DNA from: Paramecium tetraurelia
Taxonomy: Eukaryota
Assembly (NCBI GenBank): GCA_000165425.1
Contig: CT868085.1
Span: forward strand, 496,001-560,000
Reading direction: 5' to 3'
DNA: 64,000 nt
This document shows positions 41,301-53,753 of the stretch, piece after piece. How positions within the stretch are numbered: the stretch's first letter is position 1; each line of letters starts with the position of its first letter. A model generated the notes under the pieces. The model had not been told where the DNA came from and made no database searches. It saw only the letters and a list, made by a program, of their open reading frames with translations. The position numbers were made by a program, and so were the translations under genes.

Positions 41301-43548
41301 TTCTAGTTGTGCTGATTATTTGAATCCGCCTACAAATCATTATTGCTATTCGCAATGTGGTGATAGTATTGTATAATGGAATGAGGATTGCGATGATGGT
41401 AATAACATCGATAGAGATTCTTGTTTTAAATGTTTGCATGGTAATTCATTTTGCTTTGATTACACTTGCACTGGTTGTTCAGCAGGATAATGCACTGGAT
41501 GCATAGATGGATTTTATTTAACTCAAGAGTTCATATGTTTGCCTTGCAATTCAAGCTGTAAGACTTGTATTGACAGAGCAGACAATTGCACTGATTGTAT
41601 TATCTACAATGAAGATCAATCTGGATGTGTAATTTGTGATCAGAGTTTAGGATACCATATAGAAGATTCTTAATGTGTTCCCATTTGTGGAGATGCTATT
41701 AAGGTTGAATAAGAAGAATGTGATGATGGTAATTTAATTATTGGGGATGGATGTGATTAAATGTGTAAGGTTGAATCTGGGTTTAAATGTGGATCCCTTT
41801 GTCAATTAATTGTCTATCCGAGTATTATATTTGAAGTCAATAAATCAGATAAATCATTTGATGAAGAAAGAGTTATCAGAATCAAAACCGATTCTCTTGT
41901 TTCTATCACCGGCAGCATTAATTCTATATTTTCATTCAAAGTAAATAATTGTGATAACTATTCTATTTCATATGTTGATTTGACTCAATATTCAGATAAA
42001 TTCACTTACTTATTCCTGGAATTGACCTTGATTTTTAAGTCATCTGTACCTGATCCTGAACTAGTTTGTTAGATCATTCATTAGACAGCTGTATTTAATT
42101 AGGAGGGTAACACATTTGGGGAAAAGAATTACATGATAAAATTAGAGGAATACCAAAAACCTTAACTTTCTACTGAATAGGCTACAGATGGATTGATGAA
42201 AATGAGTAAATATATACTCTACCTACTCTTCGGATTTGCAATATTGGCATTTCTCTTTGGTGGATTGAATATCTTCTGGAATCTGTTGGATGCATTACAA
42301 TTAGTTTCCTATCTCCAATTCTTTAATGTTTAGTATCCTTACAATTTAAACAACTATTTAACTATCTTTGGATTTGCTCAATTTGACTTCATTAAAGATT
42401 ACTTAGATTTGGAAGCATTCATCAGCCAATTTGTGAACACTCCAGATGCAGACTTCAAATTCAGAGAAGAGGGCTATTCAACAGTCTTCTATGTCAACAT
42501 CATTACAGTCCTTACAGTATTTTTCATCACTCTCCTCACTTACATGGCATGCACACTATTGCTATCTACACTGACAAAGTTTTCACACTCCTTTGTTTAT
42601 GTGCCACTTCACTCCCAAGAACAAAGCATTTGCACCTTATTCATTTACAGAGCAACAAGAAATCTCTAAATTTAACTTATGCGTTTCAACAAGGCATTTA
42701 CATCTGGAGTTATTAGAACCTTCATGGCAGTGGCATTTGATTATAATCTCGCCTTGTTTTTATAATTAAAGGATTTCGATCTCAGTGATCCAATCCTTTT
42801 CACCAGTTTTCTTTTTTGTTTATCTGCTTTTGTTATTGAAATTGCATTTATCCATATGGCTGTTAAATATATGTCCAAACCAGCATTTGTATTTAAATAA
42901 AAAACTAGTATTGATAACTTTGGAGCTATTTATGAAGGCATTAAATTGGACAAAAATCCATTCACTTATTATTTCAACATCATACTCTTAGTCAAGAAAA
43001 TGCTCTTTATGATGTGTTTGGTTATGTTTTATTCCTCTCCCTGTCTACAAGTGGGATTGGTATCTCTCCTGAACATTGTAATGGCTCTATATCTCATCAA
43101 AATTCAACCACTTGAGGACAAAGATGAATTATTCAAATAAGTAGGCTCTGAAATCTTCATCTGGCTAGCTGAGATGCTTATCTTAGGCTTTGCCATTAAT
43201 GAATAATCGAACTCCTTAAATGAGGACTCACAACTTGTGATTGGTTGGTGCGTAATTGCATTGACTTCCTCTCTTATCATATTCCAATTATTCATAGATG
43301 TCAAATAGCATATCAAATTTCTAATTACAGAGTATTCCATCATTAAAAAATTGCTCTATAAGCTTTAGTAGATGATTTTCAAGAGGGAACCCTAATAAGA
43401 GTAAAATATTTTCCTCAAAGGAAGAAGAAGAATGGGAATTGAAAATATGACATCCTAAACCAATATTATGACTAATAAATTGAAAACCCTAAGTAATTAC
43501 AAATAAGGAAGAATGGTAACGTTTACCGTCAGCTCAAGTAGTAGCTGA
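38314..43548 (+). CDS. Large Cys-rich surface protein with C-terminal multi-TM domain (~1700 aa)
   Basis: Long array of furin/EGF-like repeats (CxxCxxxC..C.C.DGYY), two Myxococcus-type Cys repeats (CGDSIVQWNEDCDDGN at ~41356; CGDAIKVEQEECDDGN at ~41686), then FWNLLDALQLVSYL..YPYNL and about 7-8 TM helices. Confidence 0.9.
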
Positions 43549-43813
43549 TATCAATCTAAATCTTTTCCTGTGTATATTGTTTATATATTTATACATAATT
43601 TAATTAATTTTTCATAATTATTTTTACTCAACCCTTAGGTATAGGTTTATTAAATATTCTATATCATTTATAGGATTACATCCTTCCTTTTTAGGATTCA
43701 AATTTTAATTTCAAATTATTCTAAATTTCTGTTTAATTCATAATTCATTTTTCAATAATATCATTTTAATGCAATTTATCTATGTTTTATAATTTTCATA
43801 TATTTATTAATTT

Positions 43814-44700
43814 ATGACAGAATTAGACATAATAGATAACTTTCTTAAATCATATAATTCTTCTCTATCTTCCTGACTTATCCATTAATAACCATCGTCA
43901 GATTTAATAAAAGCATGCATGGTACACTTTTGAAAGATTTGTTGAAATTGGTTCATAAGGAAGGGGGATTTAGACGATTTTATAGTAGTAATTTAGTATG
44001 ATTTACAAAGGATTCTTTTATAGATATTGTCTAATTAATAACCCTAAGCATGTTTTTATGGAAGTAATAATAATTTATCAAATACTATATATTAATAATC
44101 AATTTAACATATATAATTATATCGAAAAGATTATTAGCAAATATTAAAAGTTTAAATAAATTCACATTGTTTTACGAATATGTAGGAGAGTTTCTTATAA
44201 GAAATTGAATTAAGTTTATTTTTTCTATATTCTTCCTATCTAACCAAAGAAGTAATCTAAAACCAATTCAAGATACTAGCAATTTAATAATTGTCTAGTG
44301 CAGAATACTAATCATATAGATAAATCTATAATTAACTGATAAAGGAGTGAGTTATCAATGGATCTTTCAATCTCTAGACACCAAATTGCTTATTGAATTG
44401 TTGAAGAGTTCATATATTATTTACGCTTTCGATTTCAATAAACTTTTAAGAAAAATAATGAGTTATTTCTTTGCATTTTCACAGTATACATCAACATTTT
44501 AAAAATAACACAATTATTATTTTATTATGAGTAAAATAGGCAATCAAAATAATATAGTGTAAAGTATCCCAAAATATTCGAATTAGTATTTAATTCAAAC
44601 TCTCAAATGGCCTCTTGAATTAATTAGATCTTCTTAATCCTAAGTATCATTATATACTTCATCTGACAAATCAAATTAAATGACAGAAATCTTGTTGATC
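43814..44700 (+). pseudogene. Degenerate mitochondrial-carrier-like gene remnant
   Basis: Fragments FLTYPLITIVRF...LLKLVHKEGGFRRFY and TLKWPLELIRS resemble SLC25 repeat motifs (Px[DE]xx[KR]; EGxxxFY); the nearest ATG frame stops after 20 codons. End coordinate approximate. Confidence 0.45.
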
Positions 44701-45488
44701 CTTCAGTCGGATTAGGATTAATCACCTTTTCACCATAAGGAGAACTATAAACTCATTACTTATAAAATCTAACTATTTTAGATATTGTTAGATTAACATC
44801 CATATACAAATCTTAAATCGATTTATAGACAAATTTTCATACTTATAAAACAATTCTATCTTAATAATAATTATTATTATTATTCTACCAGTCGAGAGAA
44901 GAGAAAAACATATATATTAAATAATAGTATCTTTTTGTAATTATTCTTCCACTTTAATTCTTCTATCATTTTCCCCGTTCGTTTCCTTCATTCTTCTTCA
45001 TTTAAAATCTAATTAAATTTTTAAATACTGTAGGTATTATCTCTAATATTATTTTATTAGCATCGATCTTCAATTAATATATTCTCATTTCCTCTTAAAA
45101 GGATATTTTATTTTTATTAATTAAAGGTCATATTATTTTCTCAATCTCTATCATGAAATATTTAGCTCTTACAATTATATATTAATAAATCTCAAATTTA
45201 TAATATAACTTAAAAAAGTAGATTTGCTGAATTTTTCAGTATAAAATTTTAAACATATATAATTAAAGCTGCTATTAAAATAGCATTAGAAAGCATAAAA
45301 CTGGATAAGATATTATCTAATTTAATATTATTTGTTATAACTTCAATAATTAAAGGCAATCCAAAATCCGATTGCATTCATAGGTAATCATCATGAATAA
45401 TATAGTATTAATTCTGTATAAAATTGAAGGACTATTGATTTCATATTATTTTCAATAATTAATTGATTATATAAATATTTAACTGCAA

Positions 45489-46575
45489 ATGAAGTAATTT
45501 ATCCAAATATTCTTGCCTTAGTTAAACTCCATCTATGAGATAATTTTAATAATATGGATAACAAGGGTACCCATAATAAATACAATAGTACGGCTCTCCT
45601 AAAGCTGCAATTCCGTAAGATTATTTTATATATAATTTAGTTCGTTTCAATAGACAACACAAAATCAATAATTGCAGACGTAACCAATTGATATAATATG
45701 AAAGACAACAAAGCAGATAAGGGAATAGAGCAGATGTTCATCATTTTGAGAGACCTCTTTAAGTAGTGCCATAAGAGGACATTGAGTAAAAGTGGAAGGA
45801 GAAATGCTGTAACTAATAGTGTTATGAATGATAGTAAGACTAGAGATGCATGTATATGAATTACAAGTTGAAATTTAAAGACTGAGATTGCAAAATAGTG
45901 GTGGCTAGATTACGTACATCTAGGATGACACAAGAGTAATTTAGATATTTAGAGAGTTAGATTAATGAGTTAATGTAAGCAAATAAGGAGATAAGGAATT
46001 AGGAATAATAGATGAGAATACAAAATAAGTAATTGTTAGAGGATTTGGAATCTTGGAAATCTAGATATAAGTTACTTTAGGAGTCGAATTCAAAGAGTTC
46101 AGGCTTGGATGAAGAGATTAGATAGTTGAAGAAGAAGATAAATGAATTAACTGAGGACCTAGCAGGCAGTCACGAATAAATCCAATTGAGAGATAATGAG
46201 ATTTTGAATTTGAAGCAATTATTACATGATAAAGACAACGAGTTAGATCAATTGGATGCTCGTATCAGGGAGTTGGAAATGATGTGCGAGAATTATTCTC
46301 AATCAGAAACACAAATTATAAGTCTCTAAGGAGAAGTGGAATTGTGGAAGAAAAAGTTCAAATAGGTGAATGAGTAGAACTCAGATTTGGCAGAGAAGTT
46401 GACTATGGCTGAAACATAATTAGAAGCCATTAAAAAGAGATAGGTGACTGTCACTAAGGAAACTGAAGTTCGAAAGAGTGGTACTTATGGGGGAGGAACA
46501 ACTACTTCATATGAATAGAATGTAATAAAAGGTGCTTAATTATTACATCCAAGAGGTTCATAATATTTAAAATGA
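45489..46575 (+). CDS. Ciliate coiled-coil (putative cytoskeletal) protein
   Basis: Five tiny introns join MNQTPSMRQFQQYGQQGYP...ERPLQVVPQEDIEQKWKEKC...LESWKSRY...EVELWKKKF...PRGSQYLK-TGA into one frame. Confidence 0.75.
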
Positions 46576-46623
46576 ATATTTTTGAAAAAACAAATTAAAT
46601 AAAATCTTTTTTATTTTTTTATC

Positions 46624-47075
46624 ATGGGTGTTGGTAAACCTAGAGGTATGAGAGCTGGAAGAAAGCTCAAAGATCACAGAAGAGTTAACAGATGGGCTGA
46701 TAAGGAATACAATAAGGCTATGATTGGATCAAGATATAAAAATCCATTTATGGGTGCATCACATGCTAAGGGATTGGTTGTTGAAAAAATCGGAGTGTAA
46801 TTATCATATTCTATAATCTTAGTGAATCCAAACAGCCAAACTCTGCTGTCAGAAAGTGCGTTAGAGTGTTGCTCAAGAAAAATGGTAAAAAAATATCAGC
46901 CTTCGTTCCAAAGGATGGTTGCTTGAACTTTTTAAATGAAAACGACGAAGTCACAGTAGCTGGATTCGGAAGAAAAGGACATGCAGTCGGTGATATTCCA
47001 GGGGTCAGATTCAAGATTATTGCTGTTAAAGGAAAATCATTGCTTGCTTTGTGGTTGGGCAAGGTTGAAAAATGA
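46624..47075 (+). CDS. RPS23: 40S ribosomal protein S23 (uS12), 141 aa
   Basis: [62 protein letters not shown]; 26-nt intron 46797-46822. Confidence 0.99.
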
Positions 47076-48672
47076 TAGTACAAATACATTATAAATATAT
47101 ATATTGAAGACCTCCATAAACAGCTCACATTATATTTTTATTAATTTTTTTTCCCTTCACCTTCAAATTCCTTTTTTATTATCCACATACTTTTGAATAA
47201 GATAAATAGAACTGCCTTATAAACATAAAGTCATTCTCAAAGAAGAAGCCCAAATATTAACCTTTCATGTTTATAGCTCATACGTTTGCAACTTTGGTAA
47301 CCACTCCTTTTATTTCTCAAACCAATGTTTGAGAATCTTTGAATCAAGGAAGTTCCTCATTTCAATACAACCTTACTGGATAGAGGCTTACCTGAATCCA
47401 ATCTCTTTATAGAACTTACTAGGATTTCAAGAAATTGCTATTAATAAGTAGATAATAATCTATTCCATCAAAACATAATTTTTCAGGAAACATTAAGATT
47501 TTAGGAACCCATTTTTCTCAAAATCTCATCTATATCATGTTGTTATCAGGCCTCATTTACCCTATAATTATTTTTTTTAATATTGCTGAACTCTAGATGC
47601 TTGACTTAGCTTGAGCTTCTTGATAATTTCGAACTCAATTGAAGAGATAACAAATTCTATTTTACAGATTTTGTAATCTAGATTCTGATCTTCTTAATAA
47701 ATTATCATTACATTTAATTCTGCCAAATTGATTCTGCTTCACTAAATTGGATATAAAAATTCCATCATAAATTGGACTAGCATCCAAATTTACTCCTATT
47801 CCTTCTAAGTTTCACATGCAAATCATAGCTTAGTCAATTGAATTACATTAATATATCAACTTTATCTTTACCTCTTTTGGTAACCATGCTATGCATAGAA
47901 GGTGTATTTACATATTTAATCCGTATCATTCATATCTTTATAATAATTTTCTGTTATGACTGTTTTATTTTCATCCTTCCCTTATATTATCTGTAGTTTA
48001 CATATATTTCTTTAGTATTTGCAACTAGCAAATTCCTATATTTTTGAAATTCAATTCTTAATTATTTGCTGATTATACAACTAAATGAAAACCACTTTTG
48101 ACTTATCATGTCAATAACCATTGAGTTATTTACGAAAGTATCATTGCCCAAAAAATAAAATTTAATCTGAAAACTAAAAAACTTTAGTATATCAATCTTT
48201 CCTTAATGTTTTAATTAATAATGTTGATTCTATTAAATCTTAATCCAAAAATATATTCTAAAATCGCTAAAACAGCGATATTTCTGATTTCAACCGAATG
48301 TGCTGATGTCTTATCACTTAAATGTATGATGGTTAGAATAATAATAATGTCTAATTATAATTTAAATATATTTAGCTTAAATATTTATAATTTGAATTGT
48401 GAATAGGGAACAGAGAATGCTGGAAAATAAATATTCTTCTCTCTAATTTGTTCTGAGCTCATTTGATATTAGTTTTTGATTGCTCTGAGAGAACAATTGA
48501 TAACCGACATTCACAAAATTATGAAATATTAATTTACAAGGATCTAAGAATATTTTTTCACATTTCCTATATTTGTGTATTCTACAAAGTATCTTATCTA
48601 TTATCCACTGTAGTTTAAACTCTGTTTTAAAAAGACTGAGTAATAATAAATTAAATATATAAATTTTTGAAG

Positions 48673-51668
48673 ATGATAAACAGATCTCCAACAATGAAAA
48701 CTTATAATAAATAAAATCAAAGCTAAGATCCACTGCTCATTATGACTCCTCCCAGTAGCTTGCGTGAAATTAGTTGTTCATTTAGAGGGAATCTAAATCG
48801 ATATGTAACAATATAAAGTAGGAGAAATAAATAAGAGCAATAAGAAGATTAATAACACTCAAGATAATACAGAATGCATTTGCAAAGAATGTATCAGGAG
48901 ACTTTTATTAAACAATTGCTCGATAAAACTAAGCCAACAAGCAAAATGAACAATTATTAAAAGTAAGTTCTTGATGACCTGTAATTTGGATAGGATACAT
49001 AAATAGATGATATAGATAGTAGTTGTTATAAATTTATGTTCAACTATTTCAACAATTATCCTATTATATAACCGTAAAGCAATTTAAAAATTTGTTCAGA
49101 TATTATTTTCATTATAAACACATTGATAATCTTAATATGGTTGCCATTAAAATATTCATTCGAACTCGATTAGATTCTATAAATATTAAACTACAATAAT
49201 TACGAAATAATTGAATACCTACTCATAGTGATGTTGGCATTCGAAATAATCCTCTAATTCAATTAGGCCTATATATTTAAGGGCAAAGTAATTAAGTAAT
49301 AAGTTCTTATTGTATTAGTTAGCGCTACCATATAATATACAACTATTTGAAATAAGACATGATTAAGGACCTCATCTGTTTGGTGTCCTTGATAGTTCTT
49401 TTATTGTAAACCTTCGAGGCTGGGGAATTGAATTTAGTCCTCTTGTGTGCTTTTGGGCTTCTTCAAGGATCAAAATTGTTGAAGGTTGTGAACAACACGC
49501 TGGAATATTATAACATTCAGTAGAACAATTTGATTCCATTGGTCATAAATGTGATTGGGGTAATTTATTTGATTCATCTTGTGTCATGCATATAGTACAC
49601 TCTAATAAAGGAAGTGAACAATGCAAATTCCTTAGAGAATGTAATTTAGCAGTATGTTCAATGTTTTAATTGGGCATCAGTCTATTTGACAAGTGCAGGA
49701 TTTTCGAATATAGAGTCGAATAATAATGAGCAACTGATATTCTCATCAGTGATATCGATAGTTTCTATATTGATTGATGGATTTATATCTATAAAAATAG
49801 GTTTGTTTTTGTATAATCATTCTCAAAGGATCAAGCATAATTAATACATCAATATGATGACTAATTTCATGAATTTAAATAGCATAAATTTGAATCTCCA
49901 ACACAGAATTCGTAGTTATTTGTAATACATTTATAAAGTAATATAAAAGAATAATAATATAGTAAGAACAGTAGATGAATGATGAAGATATTACTCAGAT
50001 AATGGTGAAGTTGTCACACTAGCTGAGAAGTGAGTTGAAACACTAATTATAAGCCAACATTTTGGAGCAATGCAAAATGATATCCTAAAATTTCTCTTTG
50101 AAGTTGAGGAAACAGTTAGTGTATTATATGGAGGAATTGAAGACAGTGCCTGAACAACGAATCTTAACTTTGAATGAATAAGATGATAGTTCAATATATT
50201 TTATCAATAAGGGTGAAGTCAATGTGATATTCGAATAAACAAACAATATGAATGAGAAATATCCCCGTAATCATATAAAGACTTTGCAAAAAGGAGAGTA
50301 CTTTGGATTCTTGGGGTTTATAACTGGGAGTGTAAGGACAGCCACAATAATAAGTAAAGGATTCTGTTAATTGTACAAAATCTAACGAAATCATTTTGTA
50401 AATTTGCTTGAACAATTTCCGGATGACAAAGAGAAGTTCTATATGATAAAAGATAAAGTTTAATTTCAACAGGACCTGTCTATGATTGATGCGAGATGCT
50501 ATAGTTGCAAATCCACCAGTCATTTGGTGAATCAATGTCCATTCCTACATTTTGAACCTGATAAGGATAGAGTGGTCAAATAGCAATTGTATCCAATCTA
50601 GTAGGAAAGAGAGGAGATGTAATGAAATTAGAATTAAAATAGATAACGGAAATCCAAGTACATTAACGCCTTGTTACAGCAAGCAGTAATTCAAGATTTG
50701 GCTAAAGAATTGATGAAAGATTTGGAGCACGTTGAAGAAAGTGAAAACATATCAGAAAGTTAATCTTAAGACATTCAGACAAGAACCATAAAAAGTATTA
50801 TTATTTAGTTATTTAATTAATAGGTACTTCGAATGTCCAAACCAGAAGTCTCAGCAAATCTTTTAGCCAATATAGCAATCAGTTGAGTAAGTTTAGTCAT
50901 AGACCTTCTTAAACATTGACAGTCGCATAAAGTCAAAACTACCAGTCCTTGATGTCCCAAGAGGAAATAGGGAAGTTCGAGTAAGAACTGATAAAGAAGA
51001 TGCCATTGCATAGAAGGTCTCAGTAAAAGGAAACAGCAGGTTTCGGTGCCAGATTTGAATCGTAGATGCATAATCCAATCTAAGACCATGATGAGGATAT
51101 ACCGAACATTGACATGATGGATGATGAAGTTTAAGTGTTCCAATAGGAGAGTCATAAGCCTTCTCAATAATTGTATTATTCAGACAAGAGTCCAAGAATT
51201 CATAGAAGAATCTAATAGAAGGTTAAATTTGATCAAAATTTACTTGGGATAAAGAACAGGAGATCAAGCTTAATCTACGAGAATTATATTTAACAATTGT
51301 ATGAGGAAGAACACTATCAAATAGAATTCGTAAGATTGCTTTCATTACCAACCATAGCCCATCCTAACTTAGCCCTCTGTGGGAGACTTTGATAAGATCT
51401 GTGAGTTCAGAGAGTATTATCCAGAATATAACATCTCCAGAGTTATGAGGTTTCTGCATAGAGTGACCTAGACGTATCGTAGACAACCGACAAATTCCTT
51501 ATATTCATTTTTATTCATTGCCATCCAGAAGGGACATGCCATGAAGGACAAATTGCATCATTTCCACAGCAGAAGCAATATCAAACCAAGCAATAATAGA
51601 AGGATATATAAGTATTTGATATTCAAATATTAATTAGGAAGGGCAAAATCAAAACGGTTATATTTTGA
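48673..51668 (+). CDS. CNBD-family cation channel-like protein with non-canonical pore
   Basis: TM bundle, pore region CFNWASVYLTSAGFSNIES, C-linker (LQHRIRSYLQY), CNBD (IYFINKGEV..LQKGEYFGFLGFITG), CYSCKSTSHLVNQCP, C-terminal FDKICEFREYYPEYNI motif shared with the first channel; several tiny introns. Confidence 0.85.
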
Positions 51669-51733
51669 ATTAAATAATCATGTTTTTATTTATATTTATA
51701 GTTTATTTTACTAAATGACAAATAATAAAATAT

Positions 51734-52102
51734 ATGCTAAAAAGAGATAAGAAGCAGAAGGTCGACAAGATAGTGCAGACTAATATGGAGGAGGATCCAA
51801 GACAATTCTATTTGATTGACACTCAAGAAGAGGTGAGTGGACACATTTTGGAAAGATTGAGACAACAACCCATCGTCTAAATGAAAAAGGTTGCCTTTGA
51901 CAAAGAACACGGAAACACTATTGATAGTGTGCCCATCAACATTAAATCACATGTTAAATCGGAAAACGAATTATACTTTGAATTGCAATACTAAAACCCA
52001 AACTTATTACCATCTTATTACCCTTTCTACTTCTTAAGAGAGAGATTCCCCAAACTGCTGATTGAATATTATAAGAATAACAGTGTTTTAATATTGAAAT
52101 GA
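51734..52102 (+). CDS. Small protein with C-terminal chromo-shadow-like domain (122 aa)
   Basis: Intronless 123-codon ORF ending ELYFELQYQNPNLLPSYYPFYFLRERFPKLLIEYYKNN, matching the chromo shadow pattern (L.F...W....P.LLI.[FY]Y); no chromodomain. Confidence 0.65.
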
Positions 52103-52112
52103 AATTTAAAAG

Positions 52113-53630
52113 TCATAATGATTTTTTATTAACTAATTTTCCATTATCATAAACATTTATACAATATGGTTTATCCCTCAACAACTTGAAAACCATATGT
52201 TCTCCATGTTGTTTCCCTTGAACATACTCACCGATCTCTCTCAGCCCATTCTCAACATCAGTGTAGATCCCTTACCCATGTCTTTGTCCATCCTTGTAAG
52301 TCCCCTCAAAAATGTTATCAGTTATGTACTTGTATACTCCTGGCCCTTCCCTTTTATCATTCATGTACTCTCCTGTAAAGCTAACTAAATTATCACTCAA
52401 TACATCTCGCCATTAGGAAATTTGACTATGGCACTCCCATGTCTCAAACCAGATTTAAATTATCCGACATACAGTTCCCCATTTTTGTATTAAAACGATC
52501 CGATACCTTCCTTCCTATCCTGCACAAAATCTCCTTCATACTCATCCCCAGTTGCATACTTATACAACCCCTTTCCATGAAATTGTCCCATTTTCCATTG
52601 TCCTTAATACTCGTCTCCTGAAGTGTATCTCATGATTCCAAACCCCTCTCTGATATCATTCTTTAGATCTCCCTGATAATACTCTCCTTTGAATTGGACC
52701 TGAATCCCTCTGCCTTCTATCTTCTCATTCACCCATTTCCCCTATTTAATCCAGTAACGCTTTTTCTAATCCACCAGCAATTGTTGACCCCACACAAAAT
52801 TGTCATCTCTAAAAACACCGTATTAATATGTCTAAGCCACTTTATTAAATAACAATCCTATCAAAGTCAAATTATTTCTTACCTCTTCCATACTTCTTGT
52901 CTCCTTTTACTTCCCCAATATAGAAGTCTTCATTTGGATACTCTATTTTAGTTACCTCTGGACTTCGAGTCAATAAAAATTCTGGTTATATCCAATCATA
53001 TTTAATTTGATGAGTTTGTACAAACTGTTTCAATTAATCATTCTAGATATTCTTTTCCAGAATATCATTGAAATCCAGCAACTTAATTTTATCATCCAAA
53101 TCATTGCTAATTTTTAACAAATCCTATATGCCCATTCTCTATCCAATAAAATTGGTTATATCTTCAATGCTATCCAAGATTCTCTCATCATGGAATGTTG
53201 CTAGTAATTGGCATTGTTCATTTGTAAATTAATTGATATTGCCTTATTGCAAAATCACAAAACTATCTGCTAAATCCTCCAACATGGAGTACAATTATTG
53301 TATGTCGTGAATGTAATACTAAAGCAATTTCTCCAATTGTTCACTGATATTCTGCACAACCTACTTAAACTATTCTGCCTTCTGCTATAGGATTATCGTA
53401 AGTTGCAATTTGTCAAATTTAGCAATTGAATCCTTACACAATTATTGAACTTATGAAATTGTCTTCGCATCCTTCACATGCTCACTATGATAATCATTAT
53501 AGCAGAAGCAACACATTAACTTCTTATCACAATGAGGGTTTAAGCAAATGGCTATCAATCTGTTGGATCCCTCATCATGTAGTCTGTCACACTTTTTTTC
53601 TGTTTTTATATATGATTAAGACTATTGCAT
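52113..53630 (-). CDS. MORN-repeat protein with N-terminal Cys/His zinc-binding motif
   Basis: N-terminal CDRLH..ICLNPHC..MCCFCYNDYHSEH, coiled coil, then repeated YxGxWxxxxxHGxG units (e.g. YQGQWKMGQFHGKG, YEGDFVQDRKEGIG, YVGQFKSGLRHGSA). Confidence 0.88.
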
Positions 53631-53753
53631 TAATATAATTTTATTTTCAATAATTATAGAGATGAATATATAGATGAATATACCTAATTTTCAAATTAAT
53701 TACTGCATTTTGACTACTACTCAAATGCAAATATATTTAATAAACTATACATC

